Shown here piece by piece: positions 36,248 through 45,727 of a stretch of DNA of 52,252 nucleotides. Source of the stretch: Deltaproteobacteria bacterium (GTDB lineage Bacteria; Myxococcota_A; UBA9160; SMWR01); NCBI GenBank assembly GCA_032128375.1, contig JAQBGU010000121.1, positions 1 to 52,252 of the forward strand, written 5' to 3'. The position numbers and the translations under genes were made by a program. Positions within the stretch are counted from its first letter, which is position 1; each line of letters begins with the position of its first letter. The notes below the pieces were generated by a model. It was not told the origin of the DNA, did not search any database, and saw nothing but the letters and a program-made list of their open reading frames with translations.

Positions 36248-37342
36248 ATGACGCGACGGGGGCCGCGGCTCGCAATTGCGGCCGCCGTCGCGGGGCTCTT
36301 GCTGGTCGCGGCGACGACTGCCGGCGCACACATCGTCTACGGTCGACCGACCCTGCTCGGTCTGGTCGGGGGCTCGGACCTGATCGCCCACGTTCGCGTG
36401 GTCGATCCGGCGGCGATGGTCGTCTTGGATGACACTCGAGAGAGTCGACCGGTAGTGCGCGTCGAGTTGCTCGAAGTCTTCAAAGGGGACGGCGAGCCCG
36501 GTGACCCCCTGCGTTTCGCTTCGCACGGCCACGGCGTCGCCGAGTACGGCGCGGGCGAAGAAGCGCTCGTCTTCCTGGCGCCCCTCGCGCGCAGCCGCGA
36601 ACTCGACGCCTTGCGTGCCGCGGGCCTGCACTGGGTTTCCTTTCAGGAACACGACGCACGCTACCCACTCAGCGCCGCGACGCGTGCGCCCGTGTTGGCG
36701 GCCGTGCGGGGTTACGTCGAAGCTGAGAGCCTTTCTCAGCCCGACGAGCGGATGAAGGCTCTGCGCGTTGTGACGCTCAGCCTGCTGACCTCGGGCGACG
36801 CCCGCCTCGGCGCGTCCGCCGTCCAGGATCTGGTTCTCGCCGACGCGATCCCCCTCGTCACTCCCGAGGACGTGCCGCGATTGCTCGCCGAAGTCATCTC
36901 CTCACAAGATGCACCGATCGGTGTACGGGTCGGACTGCTCGCGGAACTCGATCGTCGTGGCCTCGTGAAGGGCGCCCCACTGTGGCTCGCGTTGCTCGGC
37001 ACCACCGCGAAGCCGCGGTTGCTCCAGGTGGTGCGCGCCGCCGGACAACACCCCAGCCTCGAGGTCGACGCGGCGCTCATCGGCATGCTCGCCGGTAGCG
37101 ACGACGAATTGGCCGCCACGGCCGCGATGGCGCTCGGCAATCCGGCGCACGCGAACGCTGTCGAGGTCCTGGCCGGTAGCCTCGCACGCGCCGAACCGCG
37201 CGTGCGCATGGCGGCGATCCGTGCGCTCGGGCGCATCGGCACGCCCCGAGCGCAAGAGGTCCTCCAAACGGTCGCATCGACTCACGAAGATGCCGCGACC
37301 CGGCGCCGCGCTGCCGCAGAGGTCCGCACTCTCTCGCGGTAG
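36248..37342 (+). CDS. Secreted protein with an N-terminal beta (OB/TIMP-like) domain and C-terminal HEAT repeats
   Basis: Signal peptide ending AGA; ELAATAAMALG, PRVRMAAIRALGRIG, ATRRRAA HEAT motifs; starts 4 nt after the upstream stop. Confidence 0.75.
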   Translation: MTRRGPRLAIAAAVAGLLLVAATTAGAHIVYGRPTLLGLVGGSDLIAHVRVVDPAAMVVLDDTRESRPVVRVELLEVFKGDGEPGDPLRFASHGHGVAEYGAGEEALVFLAPLARSRELDALRAAGLHWVSFQEHDARYPLSAATRAPVLAAVRGYVEAESLSQPDERMKALRVVTLSLLTSGDARLGASAVQDLVLADAIPLVTPEDVPRLLAEVISSQDAPIGVRVGLLAELDRRGLVKGAPLWLALLGTTAKPRLLQVVRAAGQHPSLEVDAALIGMLAGSDDELAATAAMALGNPAHANAVEVLAGSLARAEPRVRMAAIRALGRIGTPRAQEVLQTVASTHEDAATRRRAAAEVRTLSR

Positions 37343-37887
37343 TGTCGGTCGTCTGACCTTGAAGCACGTAGACAAAACGGGCTCCCGCCGCTGTGTTCTC
37401 CGTGTCGATGATCACTCCGGACAGGGCGCGAAGCGCGAACCACGGGCGAACGCGTCCGCTCCCAGGCGGAACTTCAGCGGTCGGAGGCGAGACAGTTCCT
37501 GATATCCGGACATAGGGTTTTTCCCCGAGGCGTTGCGAAGCCAACACGACACCATTGGGTCCACCGGCGTTACTAAAGCGCCACGGCTGCTGCCCGCGGC
37601 CGAAACGGCCTCACGCAACTCGCGATTGGGTACCACCTCGTCAGCCTCGAGATCCCCCCTGATTCCCAACGCTCGCACGCGCCGCGGCTGGCGTCCGAAT
37701 CACTTCGCTGTGATCGTATCCAGTGGTAGAGGCTCTTTCGGGGAGAATTGGGATTTCGAAGATCCGTCAGATCTGGTTAGAAGGAATTCGGAGCTTTGAT
37801 TGGCATTGGTGACCCGCGTCACGGAACAGGCCGTTCCGGAATGGTCCACTCTCATTGGCTGATACACACGGCAGAGGGAGAATTCAA

Positions 37888-38100
37888 ATGTCGATCCAAT
37901 CGATCATCCGGGCTTGCCTCGCAGTTTCGGGGCTTTCACTGGCGCTGGCCGGTATGGGCTGCGCCGAAGATCCCGCGGCGGACGGCGAGCGCGACACAGG
38001 TTCGGTCGAGGCAGCACCTCCGGCAGAGGCCGACGAGGGTGCCAGCGGCAACGAGGGCGAAGCCGGCGACGCGGAGCCAGGCGACACGGACAAAGACTGA
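37888..38100 (+). CDS. Small acidic low-complexity lipoprotein (70 aa)
   Basis: GGGAG RBS; hydrophobic signal ending LAGMG-C, then a D/E/A/G/P-rich tail. Confidence 0.6.
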   Translation: MSIQSIIRACLAVSGLSLALAGMGCAEDPAADGERDTGSVEAAPPAEADEGASGNEGEAGDAEPGDTDKD

Positions 38101-38271
38101 TCCGTCGGGGACGCCATCGCGGGTGGTCGGGTAGACGGAGCAGGCCTTGGGGACGCGGGCCGCTCGACTGATCGAACGCCGCCCGCGATGGCGTGTGCGT
38201 CTAGCGGCAAACTGCTGGCTTCCCTCAATTCTACGGACAGTCGTGCCGACGCCGCATTGTATGCGCGAGGA

Positions 38272-38307
38272 GTCTGCGCGGTAGAGCGCGAGCTCTAGCG
38301 TGCAGAC
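38272..38307. terminator. Strong hairpin between convergent genes (possible bidirectional terminator)
   Basis: gtctgcgcggtagagc-GCGA-gctctagcgtgcagac: 16-bp stem with one mismatch and one G-U pair, GNRA loop; no U-tract. Confidence 0.45.
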
Positions 38308-38334
38308 GACGCTGAAGAATTCGAAGCATTCGCG

Positions 38335-39708
38335 CTAGCGCGACACGGGCTCGCGCATCGTGACGAATTCTTCCGCCGAGGTCGGGTGGATTCCGATCGT
38401 GGCATCGAATTGGGATTTGGTTGCGCCGCATTTCACGGCGACCGAGAAACCCTGGATGATCTCGCCGGCGTCGGGACCCAGCATATGAATCCCGACGACA
38501 CGATCGGATGCGCGATCGACGATCAACTTCATCAATGTCTGCTCGGTCGAACCCGTCAGCGTGTGTTTCAACGCGCGAAACCGGGAGCGATAGATGTCGA
38601 TCTCGGGGAACTTCTCGCGCGCGTTCGCCTCTGTCAGGCCCACCGAGCCGATCGGAGGTTGGCTGAACACCGCGGAGGCGACGTCGCTGTGCACGGGCCG
38701 AATCGGATGATCCCGAAACAGTGTAGATGCCAGACACATCGCCTCGTGAATCGCGACTGGGGTCAGGTTGATGCGATCAGTCGCATCTCCAACGGCCCAG
38801 ATGCTGGGAACCGACGAGCGCGAATACGCGTCGACCACGATTGCACCATTGCTGGCCAGGTCGACACCGGCCTCTTCGAGACCCATTCCACGCGTGTTGG
38901 GTGCGCGCCCGGTGGCGTACAAGATCGCGTCGGTGTCGAGTGTCGAACCGTCTTCGAGGGTTGCGCGCAGGCCGGTCGAAACCTTCTCGATCGAAGCGAT
39001 ATTCGAATCGAAACGAAGATCGAATCCCTTCTTCTGCATCTCTTCGGCCAGGGCCGTGCGCACGTCGTCATCGAAACCTCGCAGGAACATCGGGCCGCGA
39101 TACAGCTGGGTGACATCGACGCCGAGACCGCGGTAGATCCCGGCGAACTCGACCGCGATGTAGCCGCCACCGACAACGATCGCCCGCTTCGGCAGCGCCT
39201 CGAGATGAAAGGCCTGATTCGAAGTGATGGCGTGTTCGATCCCCGGAATCGACGGAACCGACGGCCAGCCCCCACTCGCCACCAGGATATTGGTCGCCGT
39301 GAAGGTCCGACCGTCGACTTCGACCGTATTCGGGTCGATGAGTCGAGCGCGCCCGCGAACGAGGTCCACGCCGGCATCCGAAAGCAGTTTCGCGTAGACC
39401 CCGTTGAGTCGCGCGATTTCTTCGTCCTTGTTTTGGAGCAGCGTCGGCCAGTCGAACTGCTGGCCCGACACCGACCATCCGAAACCGGCCGAGTCCTCGA
39501 AATCCTCTCGAAAATGCGATGCGTAGACGAACAACTTCTTCGGGATGCAACCCACATTGACACACGTGCCACCCAGGTCGTTGTCCTCGGCGACAGCGAC
39601 ACGTGCGCCATAGTTCGCCGATATCCGGGCGGCTCGAACCCCTCCGGAGCCGGCGCCGATCACGAACAAGTCATAGTCCCGATTGGGATCCTGCTGGAAG
39701 CCGCTCAT
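38335..39708 (-). CDS. gor: Glutathione-disulfide reductase
   Basis: GAGSGGVRAAR, GGTCVNVGCIPKK, GGGYIAVEFAG, LTPVAI, HPTSAEE. Confidence 0.96.
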   Translation of the reverse strand: MSGFQQDPNRDYDLFVIGAGSGGVRAARISANYGARVAVAEDNDLGGTCVNVGCIPKKLFVYASHFREDFEDSAGFGWSVSGQQFDWPTLLQNKDEEIARLNGVYAKLLSDAGVDLVRGRARLIDPNTVEVDGRTFTATNILVASGGWPSVPSIPGIEHAITSNQAFHLEALPKRAIVVGGGYIAVEFAGIYRGLGVDVTQLYRGPMFLRGFDDDVRTALAEEMQKKGFDLRFDSNIASIEKVSTGLRATLEDGSTLDTDAILYATGRAPNTRGMGLEEAGVDLASNGAIVVDAYSRSSVPSIWAVGDATDRINLTPVAIHEAMCLASTLFRDHPIRPVHSDVASAVFSQPPIGSVGLTEANAREKFPEIDIYRSRFRALKHTLTGSTEQTLMKLIVDRASDRVVGIHMLGPDAGEIIQGFSVAVKCGATKSQFDATIGIHPTSAEEFVTMREPVSR

Positions 39709-39747
39709 TGTCGAATCTCTCCGTTCCTTGATTCTGTCGCTGGCATG

Positions 39748-39783
39748 GTACCGATTGTACTCATTGTACCCATTGAAGTCATG
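39748..39783. repeat. Degenerate 9-nt tandem repeat upstream of gor
   Basis: gtaccgatt gtactcatt gtacccatt gaagtcatg. Confidence 0.65.
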
Positions 39784-39834
39784 GCAGTAGTTGGCCATGC
39801 GATATCCGACACGGATTGGAGTAGCACCAAAGAA

Positions 39835-40962
39835 TCAATGAATCCGACGAGCGGCCCATACCAACGCCGCTCCAGAAACGAGCAAGGTCGCGTTGGGGAT
39901 CCAAACCAGCAGGTAGGCTGGGGCGTAGCCCATCCGTGATGCATCTTGAACGTACACGAACAGGCTGTAGTAACCGACCAGCAATGCGAGCGCCATGATC
40001 ATCCCCCAGGCGCGACTTCGCACGAATCCGTGCATCCCGAGCGGGACGCCGACCCATGCCAACAAGACAGAAGCGAGCGGAACCGACAGAATCCGGTGAA
40101 GCTGCGTCGCATAGATGCTTGCGCTGCGGTACTTCAGCTCACGCGGTTGCTCGCCCGCCTCGATCCTGGCGACCGCGTCGCGCAGTGCGCTGAAGCCGAG
40201 TTGGTCCATCCGGTAACGGAGTTCTCCGTGGCCCAACGCCAACGCGAGAAATGAATAGTCGAACTTCTCGAATGAAATGCGGTACTCCTCGAAATCGAGG
40301 CTCGGCGGCGGCAGCATACGCATATCACCGTTTTCGAGTCGCAAGGACAGGTCGCCGGATCGGTCGTCGTAGACGAACTGACCGCGCTCGGCGAACACGT
40401 GGAACGTGCGATCGTCCCGGGACGAATCGGAGATCATCACGCCTTCCAAGCGCAGGTCGGGATGGCGACGCCGCACATAGATCATCCGGCTTCCGAGGCT
40501 TACGAAGCGCCCTTCTTCGATCAAGCTGCCGCGAGCGGCCACCCGCAGGCCCACCTCGACCAGTCCGCGCTTCGCGCGCGGCTCGACATCGATCATCAGG
40601 TATGCGGTGAACGCCGACACCAGCGCTCCAGCCGCGAGGATCGGGACCAGGATCGCGCTGGTTCCGAACCCACAGCAACGCATGGCTGTGATCTCGAGAT
40701 CGCCCGACAGGCGGCCGATCGCCATCATCGCGCCAAATAGAAACGCGATCGGCAGAGCGTATCCCACCACCAACGGGATCACGCACATCGCGAGATCGAG
40801 CTGATCGCGGGTCGTGACGCCCGCAACCAGAAACTCGTCGGCCCGGTCGAGCAGGTTCGGTACCATCACCACGGGAGTGGCGGCCAAGAAGCCGAGAGTC
40901 GTGTACAGGCCGACTTCGCGCGCCAGGTACCGGCCGATGATCCAATAGAATCGCACGTGCAC
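39835..40962 (-). CDS. lptF: LptF/LptG family permease
   Basis: IIGRYLAREV, LPIAFLFG...GRLSGDLEITAMRCCG, HRILSVPL, GVPLG, WIPN. Confidence 0.85.
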   Translation of the reverse strand: MHVRFYWIIGRYLAREVGLYTTLGFLAATPVVMVPNLLDRADEFLVAGVTTRDQLDLAMCVIPLVVGYALPIAFLFGAMMAIGRLSGDLEITAMRCCGFGTSAILVPILAAGALVSAFTAYLMIDVEPRAKRGLVEVGLRVAARGSLIEEGRFVSLGSRMIYVRRRHPDLRLEGVMISDSSRDDRTFHVFAERGQFVYDDRSGDLSLRLENGDMRMLPPPSLDFEEYRISFEKFDYSFLALALGHGELRYRMDQLGFSALRDAVARIEAGEQPRELKYRSASIYATQLHRILSVPLASVLLAWVGVPLGMHGFVRSRAWGMIMALALLVGYYSLFVYVQDASRMGYAPAYLLVWIPNATLLVSGAALVWAARRIH

Positions 40963-41097
40963 ATCCTAATCGCGCACCACTTCGCGGGCGAATGGCTGCC
41001 AAGCGGGCATGAAACGCTATCCTCCCAGCAACCCAGGAACCGAATCAACCTGTCCACTTTTCGACAGATCTTCCGTGTTCCCCCGCCCAATGAGCGG

Positions 41098-42288
41098 GTG
41101 CGGTCGTGGCATGTCAGCCCGGCCATCGATATGGCCGCGTATCACTTCAGCTGGCTGTGGATCCTGATTCCACTGCTACTGGCGGGGCCCGAATTCCCCA
41201 CTGCCTATTTTCCCCTGTATGTGGCGGTGCTGACTTTCGGATTCGTACATCGGCACTACACACTGGGTTACGCGTACCTCGATGCCGAGGTTTTCGCTCG
41301 CCACCGCACCCGCTTTATCTGGGTACCTCTGATCCTCGGCGCCGGGCTACTCGCTACCCCCTACCTGCTGCGGACGAGTATTCCCGGCAGCGCGCTGTCA
41401 GTCGGGGAATTCGTCTGGCCCGAATCGGAATTGCGTCTGAAATTCATCCTCATGTCGATCATCTTCGCCGCGGGCGTCTGGAATATTTGGCACACGATGG
41501 CGCAAAAGTACGGAATCCTCCGAATCTACACCGCGAAGGCGCGCCTACAGGCGGAGCCCTCTGGGGTTAGAGATGACGCTGTAACGGGATGTGGCCCAGA
41601 CACGGACGAGCTGCGCCGCAATGGTGTCCCGGGCTGGGTCGATAGACTCTTCATCATGGGTTGGTTGCCGCTCGTCGTCTGCTACGTGGCGCCGCGCTTT
41701 TCCGACACCGTAATCCGCGAGTTCCAGATCGCCCAGAATTTCGTGGAGCCGATGCTCGCCTTTTTGACTGCCAGCGAGGCGATTCTGGTGCCGGTATCGA
41801 TCGCGGTCGCGGCTGCAAGCGCCGTGACGTTCGCGGTCTTCGAGTGGCGAATCAATCGGTTCCGCAACCGACCTCGGTTATCGATGGCATTGGGAACCTT
41901 CGCGTTGTGGGCCGGTTTCGTCGTCTTCGATCCGATCAAGGTCTACCTCGCGTTCGCGTTCAGCCACGGTCTGGAATACATGGTATTCGTCTGGGCGTTC
42001 CAGCGGCGACGCTACGCGGAACGCCGCGCTCCTCAACCGCTGATGGGCCGGATCTTGGAGCACCCCTGGATCGCCTATCCGCTCTACACGTTGGCACTCG
42101 GCGGGCTGTATGTGCTGCTTCACGATTGGGAACCGTTCGACTTCTGGCAGGTACCCGGGTTCCGAGTCGCGGCGCTCGAGCTCGGCCAGTGGGTGTTTTT
42201 CTGGGGTGTATTTCAGTCGCTGCTGCACTTTTACTACGACGGTTTCTTATGGAGAACGCGCCACACCGCGATGACGCGATCGCTGTAG
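41098..42288 (+). CDS. Uncharacterised polytopic membrane protein with conserved-looking His motifs; start uncertain
   Basis: About 10 hydrophobic segments; HRHYT, WHTMAQKYG, SHGLEY, HFYYDGFLW. Confidence 0.8.
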   Translation: MRSWHVSPAIDMAAYHFSWLWILIPLLLAGPEFPTAYFPLYVAVLTFGFVHRHYTLGYAYLDAEVFARHRTRFIWVPLILGAGLLATPYLLRTSIPGSALSVGEFVWPESELRLKFILMSIIFAAGVWNIWHTMAQKYGILRIYTAKARLQAEPSGVRDDAVTGCGPDTDELRRNGVPGWVDRLFIMGWLPLVVCYVAPRFSDTVIREFQIAQNFVEPMLAFLTASEAILVPVSIAVAAASAVTFAVFEWRINRFRNRPRLSMALGTFALWAGFVVFDPIKVYLAFAFSHGLEYMVFVWAFQRRRYAERRAPQPLMGRILEHPWIAYPLYTLALGGLYVLLHDWEPFDFWQVPGFRVAALELGQWVFFWGVFQSLLHFYYDGFLWRTRHTAMTRSL

Positions 42289-42439
42289 ACACGGATTCAT
42301 CGGATCACGACATCTCCGACTCCGCGACGGAAATGTCCCGTTCGAGCGGTCTTAGACGTGTTAAGGTTCAGCTTCCCGTCGGAGCACCGCCGACGCGCCG
42401 CCCTAACGGCAGCAAGCGAATCCCACGAAAGGACCCCCC

Positions 42440-43408
42440 ATGAGCCTCTCGCGAGAGGACCTGATCGACAGCTATCGCCAGATGAGAACGATCCGCCGTT
42501 TCGAAGAAAGGCTGGTGGATCTCGTGACAGCGGGGAAACTCGCGGGGTTTTTGCACCTGTACGCGGGTCAAGAAGCGGTCGCGGTAGGCGTGTGCCAGCA
42601 CCTCGACGACCGTGACATCGTGAACTCGAACCACCGCGGCCACGGCCACTGCATCGCGAAGGGTGTCGACGTGCACGGCATGATGGCGGAACTGTTCGGT
42701 AAGTCGACCGGTACCTGCAAGGGCAAGGGCGGCTCGATGCACATCGCCGACCTCGAGCGCGGCATGCTCGGTGCCAACGGCATCGTCGGGGCCGGCATCC
42801 CGCTGACCGCGGGCGCCGCGCTGACCGCGCAGATCAAACGGACTGGCGGCGTTGCAATCGGCTTTTTCGGCGATGGGGCCACCAACGAAGGTGCGTTCCA
42901 CGAGGCGTTGAACATGGCCGCGATCTGGAAATTGCCAGCCGTTTTCGTATGCGAGAACAACCTCTACGGCGAAGCCACGCCGATGGAATTCGTCACGCCG
43001 ATCACCGACCTGGCCGACCGTGCCGCGTCCTACAATATGCCCGGCGTGATCGCGGACGGCATGAATTTCTTCGACGTGTACGCCAAAAGCGGAGAGGCCA
43101 TCGACCGTGCACGCCGCGGCGACGGCCCGACACTGATGGAGTGCAAAACGTACCGATACATGGGCCACTATGTCGGCGATCCACTCACCTATCGCCGAAA
43201 GGAAGAAGCGGAAGAGTGGCGCCAGAATCGCGACTGCCTGGAGACATTCGAAACCGAAGCGCTCGAAATGGGATTGATCGAAAGCGACGATCTGCGGCAG
43301 ATCGATTCCGAGGTCGAAGCCCTACTCGAAAGCGCTGTGGTTGCGGCCGAAGCTGCACCGTACCCGAACCCAGAAGAAGTGCTCACCGACGTCTACGTGA
43401 ACGAGTAG
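42440..43408 (+). CDS. acoA: TPP-dependent dehydrogenase E1 alpha (acetoin dehydrogenase-like)
   Basis: GFLHLYAGQEA, HRGHGHCIAKG, GKGGSMH, GDGATNEG..HE..N...ENN, KTYRYMGH. Confidence 0.85.
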   Translation: MSLSREDLIDSYRQMRTIRRFEERLVDLVTAGKLAGFLHLYAGQEAVAVGVCQHLDDRDIVNSNHRGHGHCIAKGVDVHGMMAELFGKSTGTCKGKGGSMHIADLERGMLGANGIVGAGIPLTAGAALTAQIKRTGGVAIGFFGDGATNEGAFHEALNMAAIWKLPAVFVCENNLYGEATPMEFVTPITDLADRAASYNMPGVIADGMNFFDVYAKSGEAIDRARRGDGPTLMECKTYRYMGHYVGDPLTYRRKEEAEEWRQNRDCLETFETEALEMGLIESDDLRQIDSEVEALLESAVVAAEAAPYPNPEEVLTDVYVNE

Positions 43409-43411
43409 ATC

Positions 43412-44422
43412 ATGTCGAGAAAACTCCATTTCGCGGCGGCCATCAACGAGGCACTGTTCATCGCGATGGAAGCCGATCCCGACGTCATCGTGATGGGTGA
43501 GGATGTCGCCGGCGGCGGCGGTCGCGCCGAGCAGGGAATCGAAGATGCCTGGGGCGGCATCATGGGCGTCACCCGGGGGCTGATCAAGGCATTTGGCCCC
43601 GAGCGCGTTCGCGACACGCCGATCAGCGAGACGGCCATCCTCGGTGCAGCGGTGGGGGCTGCCGCGACCGGGCTGCGACCGGTCGCCGAGTTGATGTTCA
43701 TGGATTTCATCGGCGTCTCACTCGACCCGCTACTCAACCAGGCCGCGAAGCTCCGCTACATGTTCGGCGGCAAGGTCAGGGTGCCGCTGACGGTGCGAAC
43801 CTCGATGGGGGCAGGCGCACGTGCCGCCGCGCAGCACTCGCAAACGTTGTACGGCATGACATCGAGTATCCCGGGGCTCAAGACGGTGTGTCCTTCGAAC
43901 CCTGCCGATGCCAAGGGTCTGCTGCTCGCGTCGATTCGTGATGACAACCCAGTCATTTTCTGCGAGCAGAAGACGCTGATGTTCATGCAGGGCGAGGTCC
44001 CGGAAGGTGACTACGAAATCCCGCTGGGCAAAGCGGCCACCGTCCGCGAGGGTAGCGACGTGTCGCTCGTCGGGGTCGGGCGGACCGTTCACACCGCGGT
44101 CGAAGCTGCGATCGCACTCGAAGCCGACGGCATATCGGCTGAAGTCATCGACCTGCGCAGCCTGTCTCCGATGGACGAGGAGGCCATCCTGGCAACACTC
44201 GAAAAGACGGGACGACTCGTCGTGATCGACGAAGCAACACCACGCTGCGGGATCGCCAGCGACGTCGCGGCACTGTGTGTCGATCGTGGCTTCGACTTCC
44301 TGAATGCTCCCGTCAAAAGGGTCACCGCACCGCACACACCGGTGCCGTTCAGCCCAGTGCTCGAAGACATCTTCCTCCCCACTCCGGAGCGTGTAATCCG
44401 CGCGGTTCGCGAGCTGCTGTAG
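43412..44422 (+). CDS. acoB: TPP-dependent dehydrogenase E1 beta (acetoin dehydrogenase-like)
   Basis: GEDVAGG...EDAWGG, DTPISE, ELMFMDFIG, NQAAK.RYMFGG, AAAQHSQ. Confidence 0.87.
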   Translation: MSRKLHFAAAINEALFIAMEADPDVIVMGEDVAGGGGRAEQGIEDAWGGIMGVTRGLIKAFGPERVRDTPISETAILGAAVGAAATGLRPVAELMFMDFIGVSLDPLLNQAAKLRYMFGGKVRVPLTVRTSMGAGARAAAQHSQTLYGMTSSIPGLKTVCPSNPADAKGLLLASIRDDNPVIFCEQKTLMFMQGEVPEGDYEIPLGKAATVREGSDVSLVGVGRTVHTAVEAAIALEADGISAEVIDLRSLSPMDEEAILATLEKTGRLVVIDEATPRCGIASDVAALCVDRGFDFLNAPVKRVTAPHTPVPFSPVLEDIFLPTPERVIRAVRELL

Positions 44423-45727
44423 ATGCCGATCGCCGTGGTAATGCCGAAGTTGGGAATGACCATGCAAGAAGGCACGGTCATCGAGTGGCCGATCGAAATC
44501 GGGGAGGAGGTCGCGAAGGGCGATATCGTGCTGATCATCGAATCGGAAAAGGCCGAGATCGCGATCGAAGCCACAGGCTCCGGCTACTTCCGACACATCT
44601 ACGTAGCACCGGACGAAGTGGTCCCGTGCGGAACGGTACTGGCTGCGTTGACGGAAACTCCCGATGGTGATTTCGACGCGGATGCGTTTCGCGCCAGCGA
44701 GTCGATCGTCGCGCCGAAGCCTGCCGCGATCGCGATGTCCGCATCGCGCCCGAACCCAGCTGCTTCGAGCGCTCCCCTGAGGGCGGGAGCACCCGCGACT
44801 CCGGCCGCCAGGCGGCTGGCAAAATCGCAGGACCTCGATCTCGACAGCATCGCTGGAAGCGGACCGAACGGTCGGATCACCCGCGAGGACGTCGAAGCAC
44901 TGATCGAGCGTCGAGCGGCGCTCGTAGCGGTGGCGGACGGCGTGAGCCTCGAGGTTCCGGTGACAGGCGCTGGAGGCGATGCACCCAGCGTGTTGTTGAT
45001 TCCGGGATTCGGAACCGATGTCTCCGCTTTCGCCCGACAGATTCCGGTGTTAGCGGAGTCGTTCCGGGTGCACGGAATGAACCCGCGTGGCGTGGGACTG
45101 TCGGACGCCCCGGATTCCCCGCACTACGCCATCGCCACGGCCGCCAATGACGCCGCTGTGCTGCTGGAGAAGCCCGGGCACGTGATCGGGACCAGCCTCG
45201 GTGCCGCCATCGCTCTCGAACTCGCGCTCGAACACCCCGAGCGCGTTCTCTCGCTCACGTTGATTGCACCGCTGGTGCGCGCGGAGCCGCGGTTGCTCTC
45301 GGTGATCGATGCGTGGTGCGAGATGGCTCGGGAACTCGCACCGAGTACGCTGGCAGCTGCGCTGCTGCCGTGGATGTTCTCGAGCGCGTACCTGGCGGAT
45401 GCGGGTAAACGAAACAGAACACTGCGTGGCCTGGCCCAGACTGTGACACGGGTCGACGCGAATGCGCTGCGGCGCTGGGAGATCGGGCTCGGCGAGTGGT
45501 CAGGAAGCCGCGAGGCCGATCTGGGGCGTGTCACGGTGCCAACACTCGTGATCTTGGCAGGAGACGATCTGTTGACGCCCGGCGGCGAATCGATCGCCTC
45601 CGCGATTCCGGGCGCGAAGTCAATCGTCGTGGCCGGTGCCGGGCACGCGGTCATGCTCGAGGCGCCGGACGCCGTCAACGAAGCGCTGCTGTGTCACCTA
45701 TCGGCTATCGGCGGGAGAACATCATGA
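44423..45727 (+). CDS. acoC: AcoC-like E2: lipoyl domain, E1/E3-binding domain and alpha/beta-hydrolase domain
   Basis: MPKLGMTMQEG...ESEK lipoyl Lys; ATPAARRLAK...GSGPNGRITREDV; GTSLG nucleophile, GDDL, AGH; no DHRxxDG acyltransferase core. Confidence 0.8.
   Translation: MPIAVVMPKLGMTMQEGTVIEWPIEIGEEVAKGDIVLIIESEKAEIAIEATGSGYFRHIYVAPDEVVPCGTVLAALTETPDGDFDADAFRASESIVAPKPAAIAMSASRPNPAASSAPLRAGAPATPAARRLAKSQDLDLDSIAGSGPNGRITREDVEALIERRAALVAVADGVSLEVPVTGAGGDAPSVLLIPGFGTDVSAFARQIPVLAESFRVHGMNPRGVGLSDAPDSPHYAIATAANDAAVLLEKPGHVIGTSLGAAIALELALEHPERVLSLTLIAPLVRAEPRLLSVIDAWCEMARELAPSTLAAALLPWMFSSAYLADAGKRNRTLRGLAQTVTRVDANALRRWEIGLGEWSGSREADLGRVTVPTLVILAGDDLLTPGGESIASAIPGAKSIVVAGAGHAVMLEAPDAVNEALLCHLSAIGGRTS

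Noticed and set aside
38111..38194. SRP (4.5S) or 6S RNA
   Set aside because: The SRP domain IV signature (CAGG...GNRA...AGCAG) is absent on both strands, and no 6S-like length or central bubble is evident
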